A stretch of DNA of 14,307 nucleotides from Candidatus Jordarchaeales archaeon (lineage in GTDB: Archaea; Asgardarchaeota; Jordiarchaeia; Jordiarchaeales; Freyrarchaeaceae): NCBI GenBank assembly GCA_038858525.1, contig JAWCFL010000043.1:1-14307 (forward strand). The letters run 5' to 3'. A model generated the notes under the pieces. The model had not been told where the DNA came from. It ran no database searches and worked only from the letters and a program-made list of their open reading frames with translations. Position 1 is the stretch's first letter; each line of letters opens with the position of its first letter. Positions 7,432 through 14,307 of this stretch are shown in pieces. A program made the position numbers and the translations under genes.

Positions 7432-9441
7432 ATGGTGCGGTTTAAATCGAGAGACCCCTTGTTTTCTCGGCCATATGTGGATGTAGACGAATGGCGGGAT
7501 CAACCAGTTCGTCATCGCTACGTTCATGGAGGGTTTGAAGGAACAGAATGCCGGTTCTCCTTTTACTTTCCGCCACCAGAACATTACGAAGGACGATTTT
7601 TCCAACCACTCATGGCGGTCACAGGCATCGAGACAGCTGCAACTATGCCTGCAATGCACGGCTTCATGATACCTGATACTATCCCCTTTGCTTTTGAAAG
7701 CGGCGGCTACCTTGTTGAATCAAACCAGGGCTCAACAACAATGTTTCCCCCCGAGGATAGAACCATCATTTATCGGGCGAGCGCCGCAGTAGCTAGCTTT
7801 TCACGCGTGATGGCTGCCGAGATGTACGGCGACCATCGTCCCTATGGCTATATCTATGGAGGTAGCGGCGGAGCCTACAAGACAATCGCCTGTTTCGAGA
7901 ACTGTCCCGGCGTCTGGGATGGAGCGGTACCATTCGTCATGGGGACACCCATGAGTATGCCTAACAACTTCACGGTAATGGCTCACGCTATAAGGGTGCT
8001 GAAGGACAAGTTCCCACTCATTGTTGATGCACTGGAGCCTGGCGGCAGCGGTGACATGTACAATGGATTAACGGTCGAGGAGCGTGAAGCACTTGCCGAA
8101 GTCACTCGAATGGGTTTTCCACCGCGGGCGTGGTTCAACGCAGAACGAATCGCTTTCGGATATACCGGGGTGTTCTCCGCCCTTATCGATAACATAGTCA
8201 AGTGGGATCCCGAGTACTTCAAGGACTTCTGGAATGTTCCAGGCTACCTTGGCGCAAATCCTCCTGAATCACTCAAACGCGCCCGCATCCAGCACAGGAC
8301 GAAGATCAAAAAGGTAGTGACGACCGACGAAGCCGCTAAAATGGGGTTAAAGTTGACTATGCCAGCGAAACTCGCCGACATAAAAATCCCGTTACCAGCA
8401 GCACTCCAGCTCGAAAGTGTACCGGAAGGAAACCTTCAGGGAGCCACTGTAACCATTATGAGCGGCGAGGCCGCTGGACACGTGCTTCACATCGCCGGCT
8501 CCATCAAAGACCTCGTCTTTATCGGGTTTGGCGCCGAGCACTTCCGAGCACTGACTAAAATTAAAGCTGGCGACGAGGTTCAAGTCGACAACGCGATGTA
8601 CCTCGCCGTCCAGACTTATCACCGCCACCAGGCTCCGTCGCCTGACTACTACGTATGGGACCAGTTCAGAGTTGCAGGTAAACCCATGTACCCTCAGCGA
8701 CCCATACTGTTAGGCCCACTCTATACATGGGATGCCGCTGGCGCCCTTCCAACTGGTCGATTTGCAGGGAAAATGATTGTAGTTCAGGCGCTCATGGATG
8801 AGGCCGCCTTTCCTTGGCAGGCGGACTGGTACCGAAGGCTTGTGCAGGCTGCGCTCGGGCCACGTCTCGACGATCACTTCAGGCTCTGGTTCGTCGACAA
8901 CGCCATGCATACAAGTCCAGTTGCTCTGCCAACCGACCCCCGACCCGTGATAACAACTCGTGTCGTCAGCTACATCGGAGTCATAGAGCAGGCGCTTCGC
9001 GACTTGAGCGCCTGGGTTGAGAAAGGGTTGGCGCCCCCTGCAAGTACCGTTTACAGAGTGGTGGATGGCCAGGTGGAGGTGCCTCCGACGGCCACGGAGC
9101 GCAAAGGCATTCAACCAGTGGTTACGGTGAAGGCGAATGGCGGCGAGCGCGCTGAGGTCGCTGTCGGCGAGCCCGTCGAGTTCTCCGCCGTCATTGAGGT
9201 GCCGCCAGGCGCGGGCTACGTGATATCTGCGGAATGGGACTTTGAGGGAGCAGGTGACTTCCCGGTCGTTGAAAACCTTAACACGCCTCGGACCTGTGTG
9301 AGTTTGAAGAGAACCTATGCCTTCTCTAAGCCCGGCACATATTTCCCCGCGCTGCGAGCGACGTCACATCGGCAAGGTGACTTTAAAGCTCGGTGTGCCC
9401 GCATCCAGAACATTGGTAGAGTACGCGTCGTCGTCCGGTGA
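7432..9441 (+). CDS. Tannase/feruloyl-esterase-like alpha/beta hydrolase with C-terminal PKD-like domain, 669 aa
   Basis: Nucleophile elbow YGGSGG, candidate triad Asp (LMDE) and His (DNAMH), and a C-terminal WDFEG.G.F...Y.F.KPGTYFPALR PKD-like motif. Purine-rich SD-like leader; no signal peptide. Confidence 0.7.
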   Translation: MVRFKSRDPLFSRPYVDVDEWRDQPVRHRYVHGGFEGTECRFSFYFPPPEHYEGRFFQPLMAVTGIETAATMPAMHGFMIPDTIPFAFESGGYLVESNQGSTTMFPPEDRTIIYRASAAVASFSRVMAAEMYGDHRPYGYIYGGSGGAYKTIACFENCPGVWDGAVPFVMGTPMSMPNNFTVMAHAIRVLKDKFPLIVDALEPGGSGDMYNGLTVEEREALAEVTRMGFPPRAWFNAERIAFGYTGVFSALIDNIVKWDPEYFKDFWNVPGYLGANPPESLKRARIQHRTKIKKVVTTDEAAKMGLKLTMPAKLADIKIPLPAALQLESVPEGNLQGATVTIMSGEAAGHVLHIAGSIKDLVFIGFGAEHFRALTKIKAGDEVQVDNAMYLAVQTYHRHQAPSPDYYVWDQFRVAGKPMYPQRPILLGPLYTWDAAGALPTGRFAGKMIVVQALMDEAAFPWQADWYRRLVQAALGPRLDDHFRLWFVDNAMHTSPVALPTDPRPVITTRVVSYIGVIEQALRDLSAWVEKGLAPPASTVYRVVDGQVEVPPTATERKGIQPVVTVKANGGERAEVAVGEPVEFSAVIEVPPGAGYVISAEWDFEGAGDFPVVENLNTPRTCVSLKRTYAFSKPGTYFPALRATSHRQGDFKARCARIQNIGRVRVVVR

Positions 9442-9480
9442 AGGTGACTGATTGAAAACCCGTCGAGGAGCATCCAATCC

Positions 9481-9527
9481 TGTTTTATCCTTTCCCTTTC
9501 TTTGTTTATCCCTTTTCCCCTTTTTTT
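9481..9527 (+). terminator. Archaeal oligo(T)/pyrimidine-rich terminator downstream of the hydrolase
   Basis: About 47-nt tract of almost only T/C ending in T7 (9521-9527), starting 40 nt after the stop. Confidence 0.55.
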
Positions 9528-9705
9528 AGTGGAACTTTTTAAGGGGGGTTCAGGCTAAGTTTACGTTCGCTTTGACTGGCGGCTACCTGTATAGAGAATC
9601 GAAAATGCTTCACAACTTATTTTTCTATTCTATAAGTGTTATGCACACATCAATACTATAAACATCCTCATTGACTTTTTCACTTTATTAAGGAGGTGCT
9701 GATGT

Positions 9706-9801
9706 ATGCTCTTAGATCTTACATTAGTATTCCTTCACAGTTACGTGCCTTTATTTTTGCCTCTATTTGTTTTCCTTTACTGGGGGAAGAAGAATGGCTA
9801 G
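9706..9801 (+). CDS. Unannotated 31-aa predicted single-pass membrane peptide MLLDLTLVFLHSYVPLFLPLFVFLYWGKKNG
   Basis: Strong SD AGGAGGTG (9691-9698) 7 nt before ATG 9706; TATAAA at 9657-9662; hydrophobic core with a basic C-terminus; its stop overlaps the next ORF's ATG (9794). Confidence 0.5.
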   Translation: MLLDLTLVFLHSYVPLFLPLFVFLYWGKKNG

Positions 9802-9982
9802 CCCAACGGGGATGAGCAAAGAGGATGTGAGAGCTATCCTAGAGGAACTCCAGAGGGTCTATAAGGAGTACCTTAGGTTAAGGGAGCATAAGACCCGGGA
9901 CGACCTTGTTATACTAAACAATCTGGCGAGTTTTATTATTCAGCTTAGGAGAACTCTCCAAGAGATGGGTGAGAACACTTAG
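9794..9982 (+). CDS. Small predicted alpha-helical hypothetical protein, 62 aa
   Basis: ATG at 9794 (track start 9767 is a TTG), GGGGG/GAAG upstream, amphipathic helical sequence and host-like AGG/AGA/GAG codons. Its stop overlaps the hdrB stop (9979-9982). Confidence 0.6.
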   Translation: MASPTGMSKEDVRAILEELQRVYKEYLRLREHKTRDDLVILNNLASFIIQLRRTLQEMGENT

Positions 9983-10848
9983 AGGAAGTGTTTCCTTATA
10001 AAGGGTGTCACACTTGTCTTGTGCATGTGTAGGCCGAGCTCCCTGTAGCTGTAGCCTAGAGCTAAGCCGAGCATCTCCGGATAATAAAAAACAGGTATAC
10101 TAAAAGCTTCTCCTTTCCTGCTGAGTTCTACCTGTCCTAGGTCGTACTGCATGAAGCAGAAGGGGCAGGCGACCACCATGCATTCGGCCCCGGACCTCGC
10201 CACAGAGCTAAGCTTCCATTTAACGTAGGGATAAGTTAGCTCCCTTTTTATGTTGCTCATCGCCGCGCCGCAACAGAGGTGTTTGTAGTTGTAGTCTACG
10301 CTCCGCGCCCCTAAAGCTTCCACCAGCTCGTCCATTTTGGTTGGATTCTCAGAATCGTCAAACTTGAGGTAATCGCTTGGCCTCAAAAGGTGGCATCCAT
10401 AATGGACGGCGGCGTCGGCGTCAAGCTCCGTCGACACCATTTCTTTTATTTTTCCTCTAACTCTGTATAGTGCTTCAATTATATGCACCACGTCGACGCT
10501 TCCCTTAAACTCCTTGTCAACGAGCTTCAAGGCCTCGTTTACCTCATCCATTAGAGGAGGGCTCTGCAGGAGAATCTCCCGGGCTGTCTTAAGAGTCTCG
10601 AAACAGCCGCTACACAACGTTAATACATCCCTTCTCTTCTCCTCAGCGAGGGCTAGGTTCCTAGCAGCCAAGTAGAGCCAAGCCTTGAAGTTAACCGACT
10701 GGACGCCAACAGGGTCAGGGCAGCAACTGGCTCCGTCAAGTGCCTCATAACGCACACCTAAAGCGTTAAGCACGAGCCTCGAGGAGGCTTCAAGAAAAGG
10801 AAACCTTAGAGGTATGAGGCATCCCGGGAAAAGCGAGTAACCCGTCAT
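9979..10848 (-). CDS. hdrB: Heterodisulfide reductase subunit B (two CCG domains)
   Basis: FPGC...CCP...C.GC and HYGCH...CCG...C..C motifs, RNLALAE and IPV.Y..E.LGLA.G; ATGA overlap with hdrC. Confidence 0.95.
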   Translation of the reverse strand: MTGYSLFPGCLIPLRFPFLEASSRLVLNALGVRYEALDGASCCPDPVGVQSVNFKAWLYLAARNLALAEEKRRDVLTLCSGCFETLKTAREILLQSPPLMDEVNEALKLVDKEFKGSVDVVHIIEALYRVRGKIKEMVSTELDADAAVHYGCHLLRPSDYLKFDDSENPTKMDELVEALGARSVDYNYKHLCCGAAMSNIKRELTYPYVKWKLSSVARSGAECMVVACPFCFMQYDLGQVELSRKGEAFSIPVFYYPEMLGLALGYSYRELGLHMHKTSVTPFIRKHFL

Positions 10849-11426
10849 TTTTTCTCCCCTTCTTCGTTAAAAGGAAACTTTAGCTTCCTCAGCAGCGTCT
10901 GGACCTCCTCAACGTCCACCCCTGGTAATGGGGGGAGCGAGAGAGCAGTCCTTCTCTTATCAATGGCCGGAGAGAGAGGCATGCTCCTCCCCGTCTTAAA
11001 TATGTATTTGATCTCCTCTAAGAGACCGTCAGGAACTTTCCCTTTCTCAGCAGCTATGTTTTTAAGAAGCATTATGACGTGTGATACTTTAACCTTCATG
11101 GGGCAAAGTTCCATGCATAAGTGGCAACTTAGGCAAAGCCACACGTTGCCGTTATCGACCACATTGTCTTCTAATCCAAGGAAGACCTCCCACAGTATGC
11201 GCCTAGGGTTGAATCCTTCGACAACCCGCGCCACGGGGCAAACGCTCGAACACAACGAGCACTGCATGCAGTACTTGAGAAAATCCCCCTCTGGAAACGA
11301 GAAGACCCGCCTCCTAAAATCACTGGAAACAGGAACGCTTAAAGGAACCACCTCCAAAGACAAAAATGGCTCGCCCTCATTAACTGAGCACAAACATCCA
11401 CTGGACGACTCAAAAACCTCCCTCAT
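10845..11426 (-). CDS. hdrC: Heterodisulfide reductase subunit C (2x[4Fe-4S]); true start may be TTG at 11363
   Basis: CMQCSLCSSVCP and WLCLSCHLCMELCP ferredoxin motifs, NPR.I and LKN.A...G; directly upstream of hdrB. Confidence 0.93.
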   Translation of the reverse strand: MREVFESSSGCLCSVNEGEPFLSLEVVPLSVPVSSDFRRRVFSFPEGDFLKYCMQCSLCSSVCPVARVVEGFNPRRILWEVFLGLEDNVVDNGNVWLCLSCHLCMELCPMKVKVSHVIMLLKNIAAEKGKVPDGLLEEIKYIFKTGRSMPLSPAIDKRRTALSLPPLPGVDVEEVQTLLRKLKFPFNEEGEKK

Positions 11427-12130
11427 ATACTTTTCTTTTCGTAGTTCATTAAACGCGGATAAGAAGCCGGCGTCGCCGATGGATCTAAGACAGGAACAGT
11501 GCTTTTTTCATTTTTTCTTAACATTTCCAGCTTTATTTGTTTGCGTTTACCCTTCCCTCTGCCACTTTCAGGGAATATTAACTAATACTAAACCCCCCCT
11601 CGGCAACCTCGAAGAGACATAGGAGCTCTTCCATCAAGAAGTTTATGTAATCTAAAATCTAAATTAATTAAATTTAAATTAAATCGATAATTGGAAGCTG
11701 CTGTTTATGGCGGAGGAACCTGAACCCAGAACGTATTTGTCGAACCCGGGATGAAAAATACCTTTCCCCTTGAAACCCATCGATAAAACGTGACTAATTT
11801 AATTGTTTACGGTGAAAAGAAGCGTAATAAGAAAATTTTTGCATCTGAGACATTTCAAAGATTCATTGAATGTAAAGCCACCGGAAAGATTCGCGATAAC
11901 CAAATTAACGAGGCAAGTTATAGAAGCCTGTTCCAGTTGCCGGATCTCGGAGCTTGAGAGACGCTGATAAATTCTCCTGAGAAAAATGTTACGTCAAAAT
12001 GAGCGCAGATTGAAGGTGGGAGTGCTTAAGCATTGAAGCAGCTTAGTTGTCCAAGGATATGTTCTTGACCCAGTCACAAATGAGCTCAAGAAGCGGTGAG
12101 TTGGGAACGGCTTTTAGTTGTGAGGGAGCT

Positions 12131-12148
12131 GAGCGTGGAGACACGCTC
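12131..12148. promoter_or_regulatory. Perfect 7-bp inverted repeat next to TATA-like elements upstream of the Roadblock gene
   Basis: GAGCGTG-GAGA-CACGCTC followed by AAAAATATAA and TTTAAA. Confidence 0.4.
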
Positions 12149-12257
12149 TAAAAAATATAACGTTTAAATGGTAGACTTTAACTAGAACGCTTATAGCTTA
12201 AGGTTGTTCGATAAGAATTCGACGTATGTTGCACTTTTAGTGGAAGGGGAGCCCCTA

Positions 12258-12662
12258 ATGGAGCGGGTAAGCTACATAGGTAAAGATGTCGCGGAAAAGC
12301 TGAATGCCCTTCTGAAAAACGAGGGCTACCCGGGAAGTGTAGACCTCCTAGTAGTTGACCTCTCGGGAAACATGTTAGTTGAAAGGCTAAGGTACTCCGA
12401 ACTTGAGAACGCCCTAGAAAGCACCTTTAGTCTAATCTCCGCTTGCAGCTCAATAACAAAATCATTTGTTCAGGGAGACGTTACGGAATGCATAGTTCAT
12501 GGAACAAAGGGATACGTGGTGGCGGTTGAGGCTGGACCAGCAATACTGATAGCTGCGGGAATACCGGAACACCAGCTAGGATTAATGCTTCAAAGGCTAA
12601 GAGGAACAGCAAAAAAGATAAGTAGCCTCCTTCAAGAATCCGTAGGACGAACCACTATCTGA
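12258..12662 (+). CDS. Roadblock/LC7 (MglB-like) domain protein, 134 aa
   Basis: LLVVDLSGNML...ECIVHGTKGYVVAVEAGPAILIA...LGLMLQRLRGTAKKI pattern typical of Roadblock/LC7. Start moved to ATG 12258 (GGAAGGGG SD). Confidence 0.8.
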   Translation: MERVSYIGKDVAEKLNALLKNEGYPGSVDLLVVDLSGNMLVERLRYSELENALESTFSLISACSSITKSFVQGDVTECIVHGTKGYVVAVEAGPAILIAAGIPEHQLGLMLQRLRGTAKKISSLLQESVGRTTI

Positions 12663-12719
12663 ACATTCTCATTAACGCGCATCAGCAGCTTTTAAAAACT
12701 TTTCATGTACCGAGAACCC

Positions 12720-13010
12720 TGCTGCGCACATCCAGTGACGTTTCAGTTATAGCTAGGTAACCAAAATTTTGTCCGGCGCCATTTAATGTTGCTTACCACA
12801 AGTCGGAACCCGGCATATTACCTTAAATTGACTAACCGGGTTTTTCCTGCTTCAGTCAGGGGAAACCACTAACCAATATTGGTAACCAAGACTGGTAGTT
12901 GTTATTTGTCGCGGATTGAATGCAACTAAATTCGCGATAAACGAAGCTGATGAAACTAAATGATGAAACTAAAAAATGGAAGTTGAAGGGTTTTTGTTTT
13001 ACTTGTTTGG
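12720..13010 (+). ncRNA. Candidate structured non-coding RNA or structured 3' UTR; family unknown, boundaries inferred
   Basis: TTTTAAAA at 12690-12697; hairpins 12756-12797, 12839-12867 (11 bp, 2 G.U) and 12905-12941 (13 bp, 2 G.U); two ACCA-N4-TGGT mini-hairpins; T-rich tract 12991-13013. Confidence 0.35.
12948..12973 (+). repeat. Perfect 13-bp tandem duplication TGATGAAACTAAA
   Basis: Copies at 12948-12960 and 12961-12973. Confidence 0.9.
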
Positions 13011-13018
13011 TTTCCGAT

Positions 13019-14062
13019 TTATGTTTTTCTAGCTGTTATCATGTATGAAAGGAATATTGTGGGGTCGGTTAAGCCTGCCTCTGTTAGGAACCCTTTAATT
13101 TCGCTCTTCGTGTAGTACCTGTTTCCTCCTATTATTTTTAGTAATACGTCTCCCATGGTAAGGTGGGTTTCCTCGTCTCTCTTCACTTGAGTTACCGTCA
13201 TAAATATCCCTTTGCTCTTCAGCACCCTTGAACATTCCTTTATTATTTCTTTTGGGTGGCTGCTCCAGTGAAGGAGCCCAAAGCTAAACACGGCATCCAC
13301 ATAGTCGTCGGGTATCGGGAAAAGCTTTTTCATCATTGGGTCAAGAACCACGAACTCCACGTTGTCCAGGTCCTTAAGTATTTTTGTCTGGCCGTTTATT
13401 TCGATCGTTGTGTGCATGCATTCGTCCACAACGTTCGGGAAGAAGTCCGCACATATCAGGTGACAGTCAAAGTCAAGGTACTTCAGTATCGTTATGGGCT
13501 CGGTTCCGAAGCCGCACCCTAAATCCAGAATCTTCTTTCCCTTAAGCCCTTTACCGCCACCAAGCTCAAGCAGTAGCTCTCTACCAAGGGCGTATATTTT
13601 GCTGCTCGTCTGGAAATACAGTATTGTTGCGACTTCTGGCGAGACAAAGTCGAAGTCTCTTCCCCTCAGCACGTCAATCATTACTTCATTCATCACTCCC
13701 TCAAACCCTGCTGTGAAAACCTCGTATTCCTTGAAGTACGGATTTGTCCTCCTCATTGCTTTTAACTTCTCCAGTTGGCTCACGTTAACCGTGTAGCGGC
13801 CGTCGACCTTTTTGAGGACTTTTTCTTCTACGAGTGCCTCAAACATTGCCTCAAGAAGGTCTAAGCGCTTGACGTCACCTATAAAGTCCGCAACTTCCTT
13901 AAGGCTCTTAGGCTCCTCAAGAAACTCTATCACCCCAATCTTCTCCAATCCTACAGCGACTGATAATGCGTTATGCATTCTTGTGAGCTTCGCAACACCA
14001 GTTAGGCTTCCCAGGTTTTTCAGAAGACGTAGAGAAACCTTAACCTTCCCTTCAAGCGTCAC
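13019..14062 (-). CDS. Class I SAM-dependent methyltransferase with N-terminal winged-helix/dimerisation-type domain
   Basis: Motif I KILDLGCGFG, an acidic ADFF site, P.PDDYVDAVFS.GLLHW and E..RVLK..G motifs; N-terminal GVIEFLEEPKSLKEVA...L..LVEEKVL HTH. GTG 14062 is preferred as start (AGGAGGT SD 7 nt upstream) over TTG 14068. Confidence 0.9.
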   Translation of the reverse strand: MTLEGKVKVSLRLLKNLGSLTGVAKLTRMHNALSVAVGLEKIGVIEFLEEPKSLKEVADFIGDVKRLDLLEAMFEALVEEKVLKKVDGRYTVNVSQLEKLKAMRRTNPYFKEYEVFTAGFEGVMNEVMIDVLRGRDFDFVSPEVATILYFQTSSKIYALGRELLLELGGGKGLKGKKILDLGCGFGTEPITILKYLDFDCHLICADFFPNVVDECMHTTIEINGQTKILKDLDNVEFVVLDPMMKKLFPIPDDYVDAVFSFGLLHWSSHPKEIIKECSRVLKSKGIFMTVTQVKRDEETHLTMGDVLLKIIGGNRYYTKSEIKGFLTEAGLTDPTIFLSYMITARKT

Positions 14063-14075
14063 ACCCAAAACCTCC

Positions 14076-14307
14076 TTAATTATCCTCCACTTTTATGATG
14101 CCGGTGTTTTTAAGCGTTCGGTAGTGCTTGGCTAGAAACGCTATCTGAGTTGGGGTCGCTGAAAGTATCGCTTCTTCAAGCGTTTCATAGTTCTGAAGCT
14201 TCTCCAAGAAAGAGATGAGTTCCTGTTCTATCCCCACCTTAAGCATGGGCAAAGCTTTGAACGCCCTAGTCAAAGTAACCCTTCTTTCTAAGTCCTCAAA
14301 TATAGTG
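14076..14307 (-). CDS. 3' end of an unidentified gene, probably co-transcribed with the methyltransferase
   Basis: The frame of track ORF 14076-14273 stays open to the window edge (TIFEDLERRVT-LTRAF...KVEDN*). Its stop lies 13 nt before the methyltransferase GTG and abuts its SD. Confidence 0.7.
   Translation of the reverse strand, partial: TIFEDLERRVTLTRAFKALPMLKVGIEQELISFLEKLQNYETLEEAILSATPTQIAFLAKHYRTLKNTGIIKVEDN

Noticed and set aside
11707-12100. Plus-strand micro-ORFs (15 aa at 11707; about 55-codon frames near 11790-11965)
   Set aside because: No SD, no recognisable motif and many stops in all frames. A gene or pseudogene call is not supportable.
12660-12700. UGA stop of the Roadblock gene followed by a structured 3' region as selenocysteine recoding (SECIS)
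   Set aside because: The domain is already complete before the UGA, readthrough adds only about 10 residues, and Roadblock proteins are not known selenoproteins.
12896-12972. CUGAUGA...GAAA as a hammerhead ribozyme core
   Set aside because: Stem II (AAC...GAT) does not pair, and the stem I closing pair next to the candidate GUU site would be G-G.
1037-13796. Numerous shadow ORFs in the track (e.g. 1439-1912, 3259-3564, 8710-9114, 10963-11622, 13494-13796)
   Set aside because: They are antisense or out-of-frame overlaps of well-supported genes, Ser/Pro-rich and without recognisable motifs.
1-14307. CRISPR array, tRNA or rRNA genes
   Set aside because: No regularly spaced 24-40 bp repeats and no cloverleaf/T-loop (GTTCRA) context or rRNA-like sequence were seen.

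Overview
Archaeal genomic window. A TACK or Asgard (Jordarchaeia/Bathyarchaeia-like) origin is inferred from an archaeal class I CCA enzyme, an EndA subunit, hdrCB, a Roadblock/LC7 protein, TATA/BRE promoters and GGAGGTG Shine-Dalgarno (SD) sites. Left to right: (1) left part of an IS607-family element, with tnpA broken by several small indels and the first 76 codons of tnpB still open; (2) a large GH57-like glycoside hydrolase; (3) a tRNA-maturation cluster, hycI-like protease/thpR/cca on the minus strand and a non-catalytic-type splicing endonuclease subunit on the plus strand, apparently sharing one central TATA palindrome; (4) a ~1.2 kb ORF-poor zone with a probable DDE transposase remnant and several hairpins; (5) a tannase-like alpha/beta hydrolase with a PKD-type C-terminus and foreign codon usage; (6) an unannotated two-gene mini-operon (31-aa membrane peptide plus 62-aa helical protein); (7) hdrCB; (8) a Roadblock/LC7 gene; (9) a ~290-nt intergenic segment with TATA, back-to-back hairpins with plus-strand G.U pairs, a UGAUGA duplication and a U-tract, the best candidate here for an undescribed structured ncRNA; (10) a wHTH-SAM methyltransferase and the 3' end of another gene. 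All family assignments come from motif recognition by eye. No database searches or folding programs were run.
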